Part shown: positions 8,601 to 16,164 of the stretch, one piece after another | Layout of the letters: every line of letters begins with the position of its first letter | Numbering within the stretch: position 1 is the stretch's first letter | Origin: Bacteroidota bacterium | Lineage (GTDB): Bacteria > Bacteroidota > Bacteroidia > J057 | NCBI GenBank assembly: GCA_003696875.1 | Contig: RFHL01000743.1 | Span: 1-32,075 of the forward strand | Length of the DNA: 32,075 nucleotides | Direction of reading: 5' to 3' | Position numbers and translations under genes: made by a program | The notes under the pieces: model-generated | Told to the model about the DNA's origin: nothing | The model's input: the letters and a program-made list of their open reading frames with translations, nothing else | Databases searched by the model: none

Positions 8601-8792
8601 ATAGCGCCACAGGCTATCCGGCTTTTGCCGCGCCTCGAAGCGCTCAGCCAGCCGGGCATAGGCGCTCCGGGCACCCTCAAAATCCCCCTGGGCATAGCTT
8701 TCGATGGCCTGTGCCCGGAGCGTGTCTGGGGATTGCGCCGGTAGGGTGTGGGCAAAGAGGAAAAACAGGCAGGCATTCAGCAGGCGAAGCAT
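5625..8792 (-). CDS. Secreted, C-terminally membrane-anchored TPR-repeat CHAT-domain (caspase-fold) protease
   Basis: Frame of ORF 5625..8846. The ATG at 8792 gives the signal peptide MLRLLNACLFFLFAHTLPAQS. A long TPR-like helical array precedes the CHAT domain. The CHAT domain has ILHFGTHA (His codon 6144-6146) and LAVLTACETG (Cys codon 6003-6005). The C-terminus carries the TM helix WLWWSLGLLAIAALAGAFLI followed by RRKKI. Confidence 0.9.
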   Translation of the reverse strand: MLRLLNACLFFLFAHTLPAQSPDTLRAQAIESYAQGDFEGARSAYARLAERFEARQKPDSLWRYRYQVALCEVQMGNFAPARARLRRIWAARPYPRLTAQSAQTLALAYAQTGTVDSAMFFIDQSLAVQQEAALADTLLLGKTYDLKAFLHLQQNERQAARQAIEYAHALRTAFFDSLDLELGYGANTLYIVLDGLEDLPGADAAARQAWRIFNRNLPPDHPHRAVIANNLSVSRGDMGDAPGARYYLQQAVAANQAGGRHRLLIQNFYNLAYLYVKLEDWANAAVYNRRALAMADSLLDRPSAEYADLLDGLGATYHGMGQYQAADSLFRLALTERQAYFRQSHATIAQSYYNLGLIAREEGREHAARPALERAQALYTELLGPQSGKWADATYELAELNWSQGHFPAALSQWRQTLSVYRTRRGPTHAHTLENLHQLAQAFAELGRRDSAQAYLDQGWAAVGLDGNQANGRIEPLVPPILDLIDLQLELAAGPGMPDHAAAWTRYEQLAQAWLLWLPDYLQLFAPGSRQQGRSPQVQRLYRRLAWLAHLALSSEEPVQVSSWRRILLHAMQAVRGSSIRAALQRREAMQFAGIPDTLVRRGERLEEQLRYMYQSSEVEGKAMAPAQRTAVYEAWQAYQRQLRRDFPGYHQARYALPDLDPASLRHSLPDEALLAYLYLDSTCLVLRVDADRFQTYSLPLGAGFRDSLQSYVAMLRQPAPPARLQPLAYYLHQRLWAPLDGDLPETVRILPDGPLYTLNFELLLTESPASGGSPAYLLQQHALYYAHQFFPSPRPLSGEGTGILGIAPGFTAELKARYQARLAGRQAPDSLFLHWLSTPWSLDFVEGLADRGWGKGLTGFEATEAAVMTEAYGAAILHFGTHARLQNDDPLMSFLALTPDTLGESDGYLHTYELYQQLLPAQLAVLTACETGLGPFEPGEGLLSLAHGFRYAGCPSVVHSLWSIDDEQSQLLLTPFYAALRAGSPPAAALREAKLAFLQNSPESRLAPYFWGGLVLTGQNTAVIGPAYTWLWWSLGLLAIAALAGAFLIRRKKI

Positions 8793-8951
8793 AGGAGACA
8801 CAGACGGTTTGCAGAGGGTAGGGGAAAGGTACAAAAAAGCCTTCAAAAAGGGGCTTGCTTCCTATAACCTGCCAGACAAGGCCTTTTCGTCCTTTTGCTC
8901 AAAAATCCGTATCTTCAGGCATCAGATCTTGTGTATCATACCTTTCTCCTT

Positions 8952-9527
8952 ATGCCCCATCAACCCGCTGTCTTTACCCTCACCGTCGAGGCATATCATC
9001 GCATGCGCGAGGTGGGCATTCTCACCGCCAACGATCGGGTGGAGTTGCTCCGCGGCCAGATCATCCCTATGAGCCCCAAAGGAAGTAAGCACAGTAATGC
9101 TGTAAATCGGCTTGCCAAGGCCTTTACCCTAGGCCTTGATGGCATGGCTGAGGTGCATAATCAAAATCCTATCCATTTGTTGGACGATAGCGAGCCAGAG
9201 CCTGATTTGGCGCTCCTGATTCCTCCGTTAAGCCGCTATGATCACCGGCTGCCGGTCCCTGAAGACATCCTCCTCGTCGTCGAGGTCGCCGACAGTTCGC
9301 TGCGGCAGGACCGGTACGACAAAGCCCCTCTCTATGCCGAGGCCGGCATCCCCGAATACTGGATCGTCAACCTCGCCGATCGCGAGGTGGAGGTCTATCA
9401 GCAGCCGCGCCAGGGCGGCTATAAGGTCTGCACCCGCTACCTGCCAGGTGAGCAATTGCCGGTTGCGCAATTGGATTTTTCCCTGGCGGTAGCCGACATC
9501 CTGGGGGAGGAAGCTCCCGCTGAGTAG
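8952..9527 (+). CDS. Uma2 (DUF820) family restriction-endonuclease-fold protein
   Basis: An ATG at 8952 within ORF 8895..9527. Typical Uma2 pattern: ...RVELLRGQIIPMSP..., EPEPDLALL, LVVEVADSSLRQDRYDKAPLYAEAGIPEYWIVNLADREVEVY. Confidence 0.85.
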   Translation: MPHQPAVFTLTVEAYHRMREVGILTANDRVELLRGQIIPMSPKGSKHSNAVNRLAKAFTLGLDGMAEVHNQNPIHLLDDSEPEPDLALLIPPLSRYDHRLPVPEDILLVVEVADSSLRQDRYDKAPLYAEAGIPEYWIVNLADREVEVYQQPRQGGYKVCTRYLPGEQLPVAQLDFSLAVADILGEEAPAE

Positions 9528-9533
9528 GCCTCC

Positions 9534-10481
9534 TTATGGGGCCAGGGCAAAGGTCGTCATCACCAGGCCATGATCGGAAGGGTAGGGGATGGCCCGCTCG
9601 CCGATCCGCAAGCTGTCGCCCAGAAAAGCCTGATAGGATTCCGAGGCCAGCGCCTGGAGCCCTTTTCCCCGATAAAAAATGTAGTCGATCCGATGCTCGT
9701 CCGTGCGCCCGGGGCTGTCCCAGGTGATGCCGGGATGGGTACCTGGATCGGGATGGATCTCCCGATAGCTGTCCCGCATGCCCAGCTCCGCCAGGTTTTT
9801 GGTGGCGTACCAAGGCACAACCAGCCCCGCATGCTGCGCCCGGGTGTTGGGTCCCCAATCCAGGTGGGAGGGCGAATTCATGTCCCCGCCCAGGATGAGG
9901 GGAATGCTGTCGGCCTCGGCGGCCCAGGCTGTCAGCACGGGTCGCACCTGCCGGATCATCTCGTAGCGCCGCCCGCTATCCTGCTCCCAGGCCAGGAGTT
10001 CGGCGGCGCTCAGGCCCATGGTCTCGGGCGCGTCGTGCCAGGGCAGGTAGTGAAACCAGTTGCTGAGCAGGCGCACCCGCTGGTTGCCGATCAGGATCTC
10101 CCGTCCCCCCAGGTAAAAGGGGTGCTCGCTATCCAGCCGCTCCCCAAAGGGGAAGCGCGAAAAAACGGCCAGGTTGACGCTGGGATCATCTGGGGCCGTG
10201 CCGGCCGGCGCCACCAGGTGCAAGTGATAGCCGAGCGCCTCGGCGATCATAGGGCCCGAACCGTAGGTCTCCACCATCAGCACCACATCCGGGTCCAGCG
10301 CCCGGATAATCTCGATGACATGGGCTGGCCCCTCGGGGATGTCGCGGCCGCCATGCAGGATGTTCCAGGCCATGACCGTGAAGGTTGGGGCGGGAGGAGG
10401 CGTTTTTTCGGTACAGCCAGAACCGCTGAGGCCGATAAGCCCCAGGACCAGGAATAGCAAGGGACGAGGAAGCAGATTCAT
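9534..10481 (-). CDS. Endonuclease/exonuclease/phosphatase (EEP) family lipoprotein
   Basis: Signal peptide with lipobox (LIGLSGSGC). EEP motifs are VMAWNILHGG, VVLMVETY, GGDMNSPSHLDW and YPSDHGLV. Confidence 0.85.
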   Translation of the reverse strand: MNLLPRPLLFLVLGLIGLSGSGCTEKTPPPAPTFTVMAWNILHGGRDIPEGPAHVIEIIRALDPDVVLMVETYGSGPMIAEALGYHLHLVAPAGTAPDDPSVNLAVFSRFPFGERLDSEHPFYLGGREILIGNQRVRLLSNWFHYLPWHDAPETMGLSAAELLAWEQDSGRRYEMIRQVRPVLTAWAAEADSIPLILGGDMNSPSHLDWGPNTRAQHAGLVVPWYATKNLAELGMRDSYREIHPDPGTHPGITWDSPGRTDEHRIDYIFYRGKGLQALASESYQAFLGDSLRIGERAIPYPSDHGLVMTTFALAP

Positions 10482-10512
10482 CCTGCATGTTACAGATCTC
10501 GGGGCAAAATGG

Positions 10513-11577
10513 CTATTCGTACAGTGCCCGAATCAGCATTTCCCGCAGGTTGCCCTCGTCTCCGAAGGAGTCGGGATTGAAGCGATCATCATGGCTCAGA
10601 ATGATGAGGGTATGTTTGTCGTCCATCATCCGGACCAGGACCACATTGGCCCCCAGGATGCCGCCCCGGCGCTCCATGATGGTGGGCTGGGCTTCTACAA
10701 AGGGGTAACGGTAGTTCCAGACCCCGTACCCGGCGTAGTTGTATTCCGGATAGGATTGGGCCAGGCACTGCCGACTTTCGGCGCTGAGGAGAGCCTCGCC
10801 ATACAGGGCCTGGTCCAGCTTGAGCAGGTCCCCGGCGGTGGCGTACATGCAGCCGGCCGAGCCAAAATTTTCGATATGGATGAGCGGGTCCTGCTTTAGC
10901 TGCTTCCCTTTTTTTCGATAGGTAAAGGCAAAGTGGCGGGGGTATTGGCCATAGGCCAGGAACCCACTCTGGGTCATGCCGAGGGGCTCCAGGATGTGCT
11001 GGCGGATGTTTTCCTGCCAGCTTTTACCCGTCACGGCTTCGATGATCAGGCCCAGCAGCAGGTAGTCTACATTGTTGTAGTGAAAGGTGCCGACGGGGCC
11101 GGCGGGGCGGCCCGTGAGGGCCTTTTGGACCATCTCTTCAGCGGAGAGGTGCCGGCGGTATAGCCGGTTTTTTTCGTTGGGGAGGCCCGAGAGGTGGAGG
11201 AGCAGGTGGTGCACCGTCACCGCGGCAGGGACCTGCGGGGCAAAACGGGGCAGGTATTGGGTGGCGGCAGCCTGCAGGTCGACCTTGCCGACCTCGGCCA
11301 GCTGGAGGATCCGGATGCTGGTGAAGAGCTTGGTCACCGAGGCGATGCTGTAAGGGGTGGTATGGGTGAGCGAATCGGGCGTTTGTCGATAAGCCAGGCC
11401 ATAGGAACGCCGAAAGATCGGCTGTCCGTGACGGGCGACCAGGATGGTGCCGGAAAAGCCGTGGGCCGCCCGATAGGTATCCACCACCGCCGCGATAGCG
11501 GCGGAGTCGGGACCCGGTTGGCTCCAGGCTGACCCTCCGGTCAGCAGCAGGATCATCAGGATGCGGAGACTGGACAT
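10513..11577 (-). CDS. Serine hydrolase, class C beta-lactamase/PBP-like family
   Basis: Signal peptide, S-x-x-K motif (SIASVTKLF) and Y-x-N motif (YNNVDY). Confidence 0.9.
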   Translation of the reverse strand: MSSLRILMILLLTGGSAWSQPGPDSAAIAAVVDTYRAAHGFSGTILVARHGQPIFRRSYGLAYRQTPDSLTHTTPYSIASVTKLFTSIRILQLAEVGKVDLQAAATQYLPRFAPQVPAAVTVHHLLLHLSGLPNEKNRLYRRHLSAEEMVQKALTGRPAGPVGTFHYNNVDYLLLGLIIEAVTGKSWQENIRQHILEPLGMTQSGFLAYGQYPRHFAFTYRKKGKQLKQDPLIHIENFGSAGCMYATAGDLLKLDQALYGEALLSAESRQCLAQSYPEYNYAGYGVWNYRYPFVEAQPTIMERRGGILGANVVLVRMMDDKHTLIILSHDDRFNPDSFGDEGNLREMLIRALYE

Positions 11578-11639
11578 AAGATGGGGGGTGAAGGGTGAGC
11601 CCCAAACATCCCCAAATTTTGTCAGGAGGCCGTACCTCC

Positions 11640-12785
11640 TCAGGGATCTGCCGGTCCCAATGCGCGTTTTGAGACCTCTTTCAGGTAATCTGCCGGGCTC
11701 TGGCCGGCGATTTTTCGGAATACCCGGTAAAAGGTAGACTTGGAATTGAAGCCTGCGGCCTCCGCGATGCCCAGCAGGCTCAGCTGCACGGCGTCCCCGG
11801 CTTCGAGCCGGGCCTTCACCGCTACGACGCGGTGCTGATTCACAAAGTCAATAAAGCTGACGCCCAGGCCTTGGTTGATCAAACGGGAGACCTCTCTGGG
11901 GGGCATGTCCAGGGCCTGGGCAAAGTCCCGGAGGGTGAGCTCTTGCCGTTGGTAGAGGGCCTGATCGACCATGATGCCCTGGAGCCGGGCCAGGGCTGCC
12001 TGATCGCCTGCGTCCACCGGGTGGGCTGAGGCGGAGGGTTCGGGCTCAGCGGGCGGTAGTGCCTCGGCTACGGATTTGAGGTCTTGCTGCAGGATCCCTC
12101 CTGCGGCGAGGAAAAGCAGGGCCGTACCGATGCTGATGGCCGAAAAGGGCGTGGCCGGGTAGTAGGCCCAGATCAGCCGACCCGCCGCCTCAACCAGCCA
12201 AAAGGCGGCCAGAAAGGCCAAAACGCCGTGGAGGCCGCTGAGCCAGTTTAGGGTGATGCGGTGCAGGCTGGAGTAATAATTATCCACCCGCTGCCGGTAT
12301 GCCTTGATTTGCCGCCATCCCAGGGTGAGATAAGTGATCAGGCTGGCGAGGCTCAGGATTAATTCGGCGTCGTAGGTGTAGGGCCGGTGGATGTGAAACC
12401 AGAAGTCCCGCCGGAAGCTGTAGCTCTGGGTTTGCAAGAAGAAGTACCCGGCTCCTTGCAAGGCTGCGGGCAGGAAGTGCCAGACCTGTCGCCAGCCGAA
12501 GCCAAAGTCAGGCTCGGTCAGGGTCCGGGTGTAAAAGTAGATCAAGGGGCCAAAGGCCAGCGAATAGTAAATCGGCAGGAAATAAAAGTCGGGGGTTTGC
12601 TGGTAGATTTCGGCCACCCTGAAAAAGGCGTCCCCCAGCCAGAGCGCCAGGAAGAAGACCAACAGGGCCAGATAGCGGTTGGCGGTGCGGTTGGCCGGCC
12701 GGAAACTGAGCAGCAAGGTCGCAAATACGCCCTGGGCCATCAGGGCCCCGAGGATGATAACGGGCAGGGTAAAGGGAATTCGCAT
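11640..12785 (-). CDS. Membrane-embedded AraC/XylS-family transcriptional regulator
   Basis: The N-terminal ~230 aa contain multiple hydrophobic helices. The C-terminus has the AraC double HTH (LTLRDFAQALDMPPREVSRLINQ..., IAEAAGFNSKSTFYRVFRKIAGQSPADY). Confidence 0.85.
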   Translation of the reverse strand: MRIPFTLPVIILGALMAQGVFATLLLSFRPANRTANRYLALLVFFLALWLGDAFFRVAEIYQQTPDFYFLPIYYSLAFGPLIYFYTRTLTEPDFGFGWRQVWHFLPAALQGAGYFFLQTQSYSFRRDFWFHIHRPYTYDAELILSLASLITYLTLGWRQIKAYRQRVDNYYSSLHRITLNWLSGLHGVLAFLAAFWLVEAAGRLIWAYYPATPFSAISIGTALLFLAAGGILQQDLKSVAEALPPAEPEPSASAHPVDAGDQAALARLQGIMVDQALYQRQELTLRDFAQALDMPPREVSRLINQGLGVSFIDFVNQHRVVAVKARLEAGDAVQLSLLGIAEAAGFNSKSTFYRVFRKIAGQSPADYLKEVSKRALGPADP

Positions 12786-12811
12786 AGAAGAGGACCGAAA
12801 GCGGTAAAGGC

Positions 12812-13216
12812 TTAGCCGAAGGCTGAAATCAGGGACTGGAGGACCTGGGTCCAGTAGGTTTTCATGTCTGCCCTTTGCTCAGCGTTGGCCAATTTTTCCT
12901 GATGAAAACTCAGGGTGGTTTTCCCCGGCTTTCCGATGACCCGGATTTGCAGGGTGGAGGGCATTTCCCAATCGGGCTTTTTCCAGGCCATGCGCAGATG
13001 AGAATAGGGTTTTAGCACCCGGAGCTGGCCCGTGATGCCTTCTCGGGTAGAAAAGGGCATCTGCAGGGTAAAGTCTGTCTCTACGTCTCCGAGCCATATC
13101 CGTAAACCTTCTCCGGAAAGCAGGAAATCCCAGACCGCACCTGCCTCGGCGGCAACGGTTCTGCGGACGCCTATCTGGAATCCGGCTGATTGGGTTTGAC
13201 CGACGGGTTTGGGCAT
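12812..13216 (-). CDS. SRPBCC (AHSA1/START-like) domain protein
   Basis: An ATG at 13216 within ORF 12812..13282. The pattern ...AVWDFLLS...W..., LRMAWKKPDW, TLSFHQEKL fits the Aha1/BPI-like SRPBCC family. Confidence 0.7.
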   Translation of the reverse strand: MPKPVGQTQSAGFQIGVRRTVAAEAGAVWDFLLSGEGLRIWLGDVETDFTLQMPFSTREGITGQLRVLKPYSHLRMAWKKPDWEMPSTLQIRVIGKPGKTTLSFHQEKLANAEQRADMKTYWTQVLQSLISAFG

Positions 13217-13229
13217 GTGTAGGACGGGT

Positions 13230-13642
13230 TTAAAGGTTTGATAGAGGTTGCCCCATATACCGGCAATGCATACCTCCTGCACTCCAGTTGAAGGGCATGG
13301 GGTTCAAGGTAACAATCCTGCGTCCCACATGGTAGCGCTTGTCGACCCAGGAGAAAAAATCACTGGGGGTGCAAAGCTCCTGACCGCCCACCTCAACGAT
13401 GACGCCGGCCTCAATGGCCCGGCGTACCTCCCGCAGCTCACCCACGAGGCTGCCCCATCCGGTGGGGCGCAGGCCCAGCGCGCCCATGTCTTCGCGCTCT
13501 TCGTACAGGGCATCCCAGCTTTTCAGTTTTGGGGTCGTGATGGCATAGTGCGCCCGGGGTACAAACAGTTTTACCCCGCTCTCACGGAGGGCCAGGTCGA
13601 GGTATTCGGCAATCGTTTTAAGTTGCTCTTCTCAGGGATCAT
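13230..13642 (-). pseudogene. Gene remnant of unknown family with a disrupted 5' end
   Basis: The main frame is open from 13631 to the stop at 13230 (EEQLKTIAEYLDLALRESGVKLFVPRAHYAITTPKLKSW...). Its only in-frame ATG is at 13487. A plausible ATG at 13642 (MIPE...) is in another frame, which implies a frameshift near the start. A palindromic repeat abuts it. Confidence 0.4.
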
Positions 13643-13716
13643 ATCTAGAGGTTTTAGGTCTGACTTTAGCGTGAGTTTTGGATAAAAATCGCTTTGAATG
13701 GCTCCCATCGATGATT

Positions 13717-13795
13717 GTCATGCTGAGCGAAGCGAAGCATCTCATGTGTCCTATTAGATCCCTCGCTGGCGCCCTTCGGGCTGGCTCAGGATGAT
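13717..13795. repeat. Palindromic intergenic repeat, copy A
   Basis: Core tcatgctgagcgaagcgaagcatctcatg (13718-13746) is identical to 15424-15452. The distal arm gctcaggatgat (13784-13795) is the imperfect inverse (10/12) of gtcatgctgagc (13717-13728). Confidence 0.75.
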
Positions 13796-13861
13796 ATTCA
13801 AACACTTGATAAACAGTCTATTAGGGGGTGTTCTTTCTCCGCTTATCCCAAACTCACGGTA

Positions 13862-13877
13862 TCTTTACCGGTAAAGA
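13862..13877 (+). promoter_or_regulatory. Perfect 16-bp palindrome, candidate TetR operator
   Basis: tctttaccggtaaaga is its own reverse complement. It ends 8 nt before the TetR ATG at 13886. Confidence 0.4.
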
Positions 13878-13885
13878 AAAAAGCT

Positions 13886-14452
13886 ATGCCCAGGGTAAAG
13901 TTGTTTGACCAGGAAGAGGCAGTCAGCCGGGCGATGGAGCTGTTTTGGGAAAAAGGCTATGAGTCGACCTCATTGAGCGACCTGACGGCGCATCTCGGCA
14001 TTGGAAAAGGCAGCTTTTATGCCACCTTTGGCAGCAAGGAACAGCTGTTTCAGCGGTGCATTGAGAAGTACACGGAGGCCAGCCTGCCCTTTCTGGATAT
14101 CGCCCTCGATGCCGATGCCGACCTCCCGGTGGCTTTGCAAAAGTTACTGGAGAGCTATGTCGAAGGCTTGATGAATGACGACAAGCGCCGGGGTTGTTTT
14201 ATGGCCAATAGCTGCGCATTGGTCAATACCCAGGGGCCAGGCATAGATAAGATTATCAACGCCCACTACCAGCGAATCGAGCGGTATCTGAGTCGCAGCA
14301 TGGCGCAGCGAGGGGTCGACCCCAGCCGGGCGCAGGGAGTTTCGGCCCTGATCATCACCTTCCTCATTGGCATGAGCCAGCAATCCAAGATCAATCGGGA
14401 CAAAGCCGCCTACCTGTCGACGGTCAAGCAGATTGTGAGCCTTTTGGGCTGA
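13886..14452 (+). CDS. TetR/AcrR family transcriptional regulator
   Basis: N-terminal HTH: AMELFWEKGYESTSLSDLTAHLGIGKGSFYATFGSKEQLF. The 188-aa length is typical. Confidence 0.9.
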   Translation: MPRVKLFDQEEAVSRAMELFWEKGYESTSLSDLTAHLGIGKGSFYATFGSKEQLFQRCIEKYTEASLPFLDIALDADADLPVALQKLLESYVEGLMNDDKRRGCFMANSCALVNTQGPGIDKIINAHYQRIERYLSRSMAQRGVDPSRAQGVSALIITFLIGMSQQSKINRDKAAYLSTVKQIVSLLG

Positions 14453-14514
14453 GGGAATAAACCGGGGGCCGATGGGCCCAGGCTCGCCTCGCCTGGGACA
14501 ATGGCGATTTGCCC

Positions 14515-15276
14515 CTACTTATAGCTCTTGATCGTGAACCCAAAGGTCAGGAAGGTATCTTCCTGATGCTGACCTTCGATCACGATGTTCTCAAAGGTGT
14601 GGCGGTAGTTGATGGTGAAGCTCAGGTATTTCCAGATGGGAAAGGACGCCCCGACGGTGGCTTGCCACCGGAAGTTGTCGCCCTGCTGCAGCGAGGGCTG
14701 CACGTAGCTCTCGTGGGTGAGCACGACCTTTTTTTCCGCCAACTGATATTTGCCCTGCACCCATAAGGTGCCCCGAAAAGTGTTGAGGTAGGCCTGCCCA
14801 TCGTAGGCATCCACATTAAAGTTGGCCTGCGTAAAGTCGGTCTGCTCGTACTCGGTGGTCACCGAGAGGCGGAGCTGGGCGGCTTCCTTGTTCAGAACCT
14901 GAAGCGACACGCCCGCTCCCAGAAGGGAGCGCAGGCGGATGGCCCGGCGGAAGCTGCTGCTGACAAAACCCAACAGCAAGGGGTGCACCCGCCGATTGGG
15001 ATAAAACTCCAGGAAGTTGAGGCTCAGGATGTCTTCGTCCGCTTTTGTCCCCCCAAAGGCCTGGTAGACATAGGAGTTCTGGGTCTTGAATACCACCTTT
15101 TCCCAGGGCCGGGCACTCACATCCGTGGCCGTCCTGAAGATGACCGTTTGGACATTGCCGCCCTGCCAGAAGCCGGTCACCGAAAGACCGGCTTTCAGAC
15201 GGAGGGTATCACTGGAGTTGACCTGGGCAAATAGACAAAAAGGGACGAAAAAGCTGCAAAACAGAAGGTGCTTCAT
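14515..15276 (-). CDS. Putative outer-membrane beta-barrel protein (DUF481-like)
   Basis: An ATG at 15276 (MKHLLFCSFFVPFCLFAQ signal peptide) within ORF 14515..15303. Alternating beta-strand patterns occur throughout. The family assignment is tentative. Confidence 0.7.
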   Translation of the reverse strand: MKHLLFCSFFVPFCLFAQVNSSDTLRLKAGLSVTGFWQGGNVQTVIFRTATDVSARPWEKVVFKTQNSYVYQAFGGTKADEDILSLNFLEFYPNRRVHPLLLGFVSSSFRRAIRLRSLLGAGVSLQVLNKEAAQLRLSVTTEYEQTDFTQANFNVDAYDGQAYLNTFRGTLWVQGKYQLAEKKVVLTHESYVQPSLQQGDNFRWQATVGASFPIWKYLSFTINYRHTFENIVIEGQHQEDTFLTFGFTIKSYK

Positions 15277-15423
15277 ATTAGGGATAATGACGTGGTGGGT
15301 CATATGTAGTAGTCCCTAATGCGCCGCGAAATTAGTGCGAGCGTCCCAAAACGCCAAAAGGTATAGATGAACGTGGGTTTGGGGTCCGATGTGTGCGCGG
15401 GCTCGCGCATCCGGTTCCTTCCC

Positions 15424-15489
15424 TCATGCTGAGCGAAGCGAAGCATCTCATGAAAGGGGCCGCCGCAGGCGAGGGATACATGAGATGCT
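15424..15489. repeat. Palindromic intergenic repeat, copy B
   Basis: Same 29-nt core as copy A (15424-15452). agcatctcatg (15442-15452) pairs perfectly with catgagatgct (15479-15489). The flank aaaggggccgcc matches copy C. Confidence 0.8.
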
Positions 15490-15521
15490 ACACGAGGGTT
15501 ACCCCATAGAGGGAAAAACCT

Positions 15522-16161
15522 TCCTTCCCCTTCCCGAAAATCACCGGTCTCGAAACCGCTCAGGGCGGTTTGCAGCGAAAGGGCGATGTCTTGGTTGGAC
15601 AGGCCCGCCCGGCGGGCCTTGGCCTCGTCGATCTGCACCACCAGCTTCTTGAGCTTGGGCCCCAGTCATCTTCGATGTAGAGGGTCCCGGGAATGCCGTT
15701 GAGGGTGCCCCGGATGTCCTCCGAGAGACGGAATAGCACGTTGGGGTCAGGACCACTCACCGGACCTGCCCCGGTATGCCCGAGCCGCCTCCCTGCTTGA
15801 GCCGCTGCGCCTTGACGCTCGCATCCGGCAGATGGGAAAAGGCAAAGTCATTGATGGCATCAATGACGGCCTGATTGTCGTCCCTCGAGGTGGTGTGGAC
15901 CAGAATGTGGGCGTAATTGGATTAGGGCTGGGATCGCTGATAACCAAGGTCGTAGCTCACGGGACCTTCCCCCACAAAGGCAGTCCAGGATTTGACTCCC
16001 TGCGACCTCTCGGCGTTCACCTCCAGATTTTCCGCCAGAAAACCTTCCAGCTCGGCCACCACGGCCTCGGTGCGCTGAATGGCCGTCCCCACCCGCCCAT
16101 CAAGGAATTTCCCGCTTTCACACCACTTATCCGCTTCGTCGGGGGCAACCTGGTGGAAATC
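15522..16161 (-). pseudogene. Internal fragment of an RND (AcrB-like) efflux permease
   Basis: The minus-strand translation gives RND-like segments: ...GTAIQRTEAVVAELEGFL...VKSWTAFVGEGPVSYDL..., NYAHILVHTTSRDDNQAVIDAINDF..., VSGPDPNVLFRLSEDIRGTLNGIPGTLYIEDDWGP and KLVVQIDEAKARRAGLSNQDIALSLQTALSGFETGDFREGE. They are interrupted by an in-frame TAA (15922-15924) and by frameshifts near 15760 and 15655. Both ends are missing, since a full gene would be about 3 kb. Confidence 0.75.
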
Positions 16162-16164
16162 CTA

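Noticed and set aside
8952-9527. Uma2 endonuclease as part of the CHAT/sigma cassette or of a defence island.
   Set aside because: It is divergently transcribed from the CHAT gene. It belongs to a very abundant, widely scattered family, and no other nuclease, ATPase or methylase partners lie nearby.
13886-15276. TetR regulator and the DUF481-like gene as a regulator-target pair.
   Set aside because: The genes are convergent, with stops at 14452 and 14515. They therefore share no promoter region.
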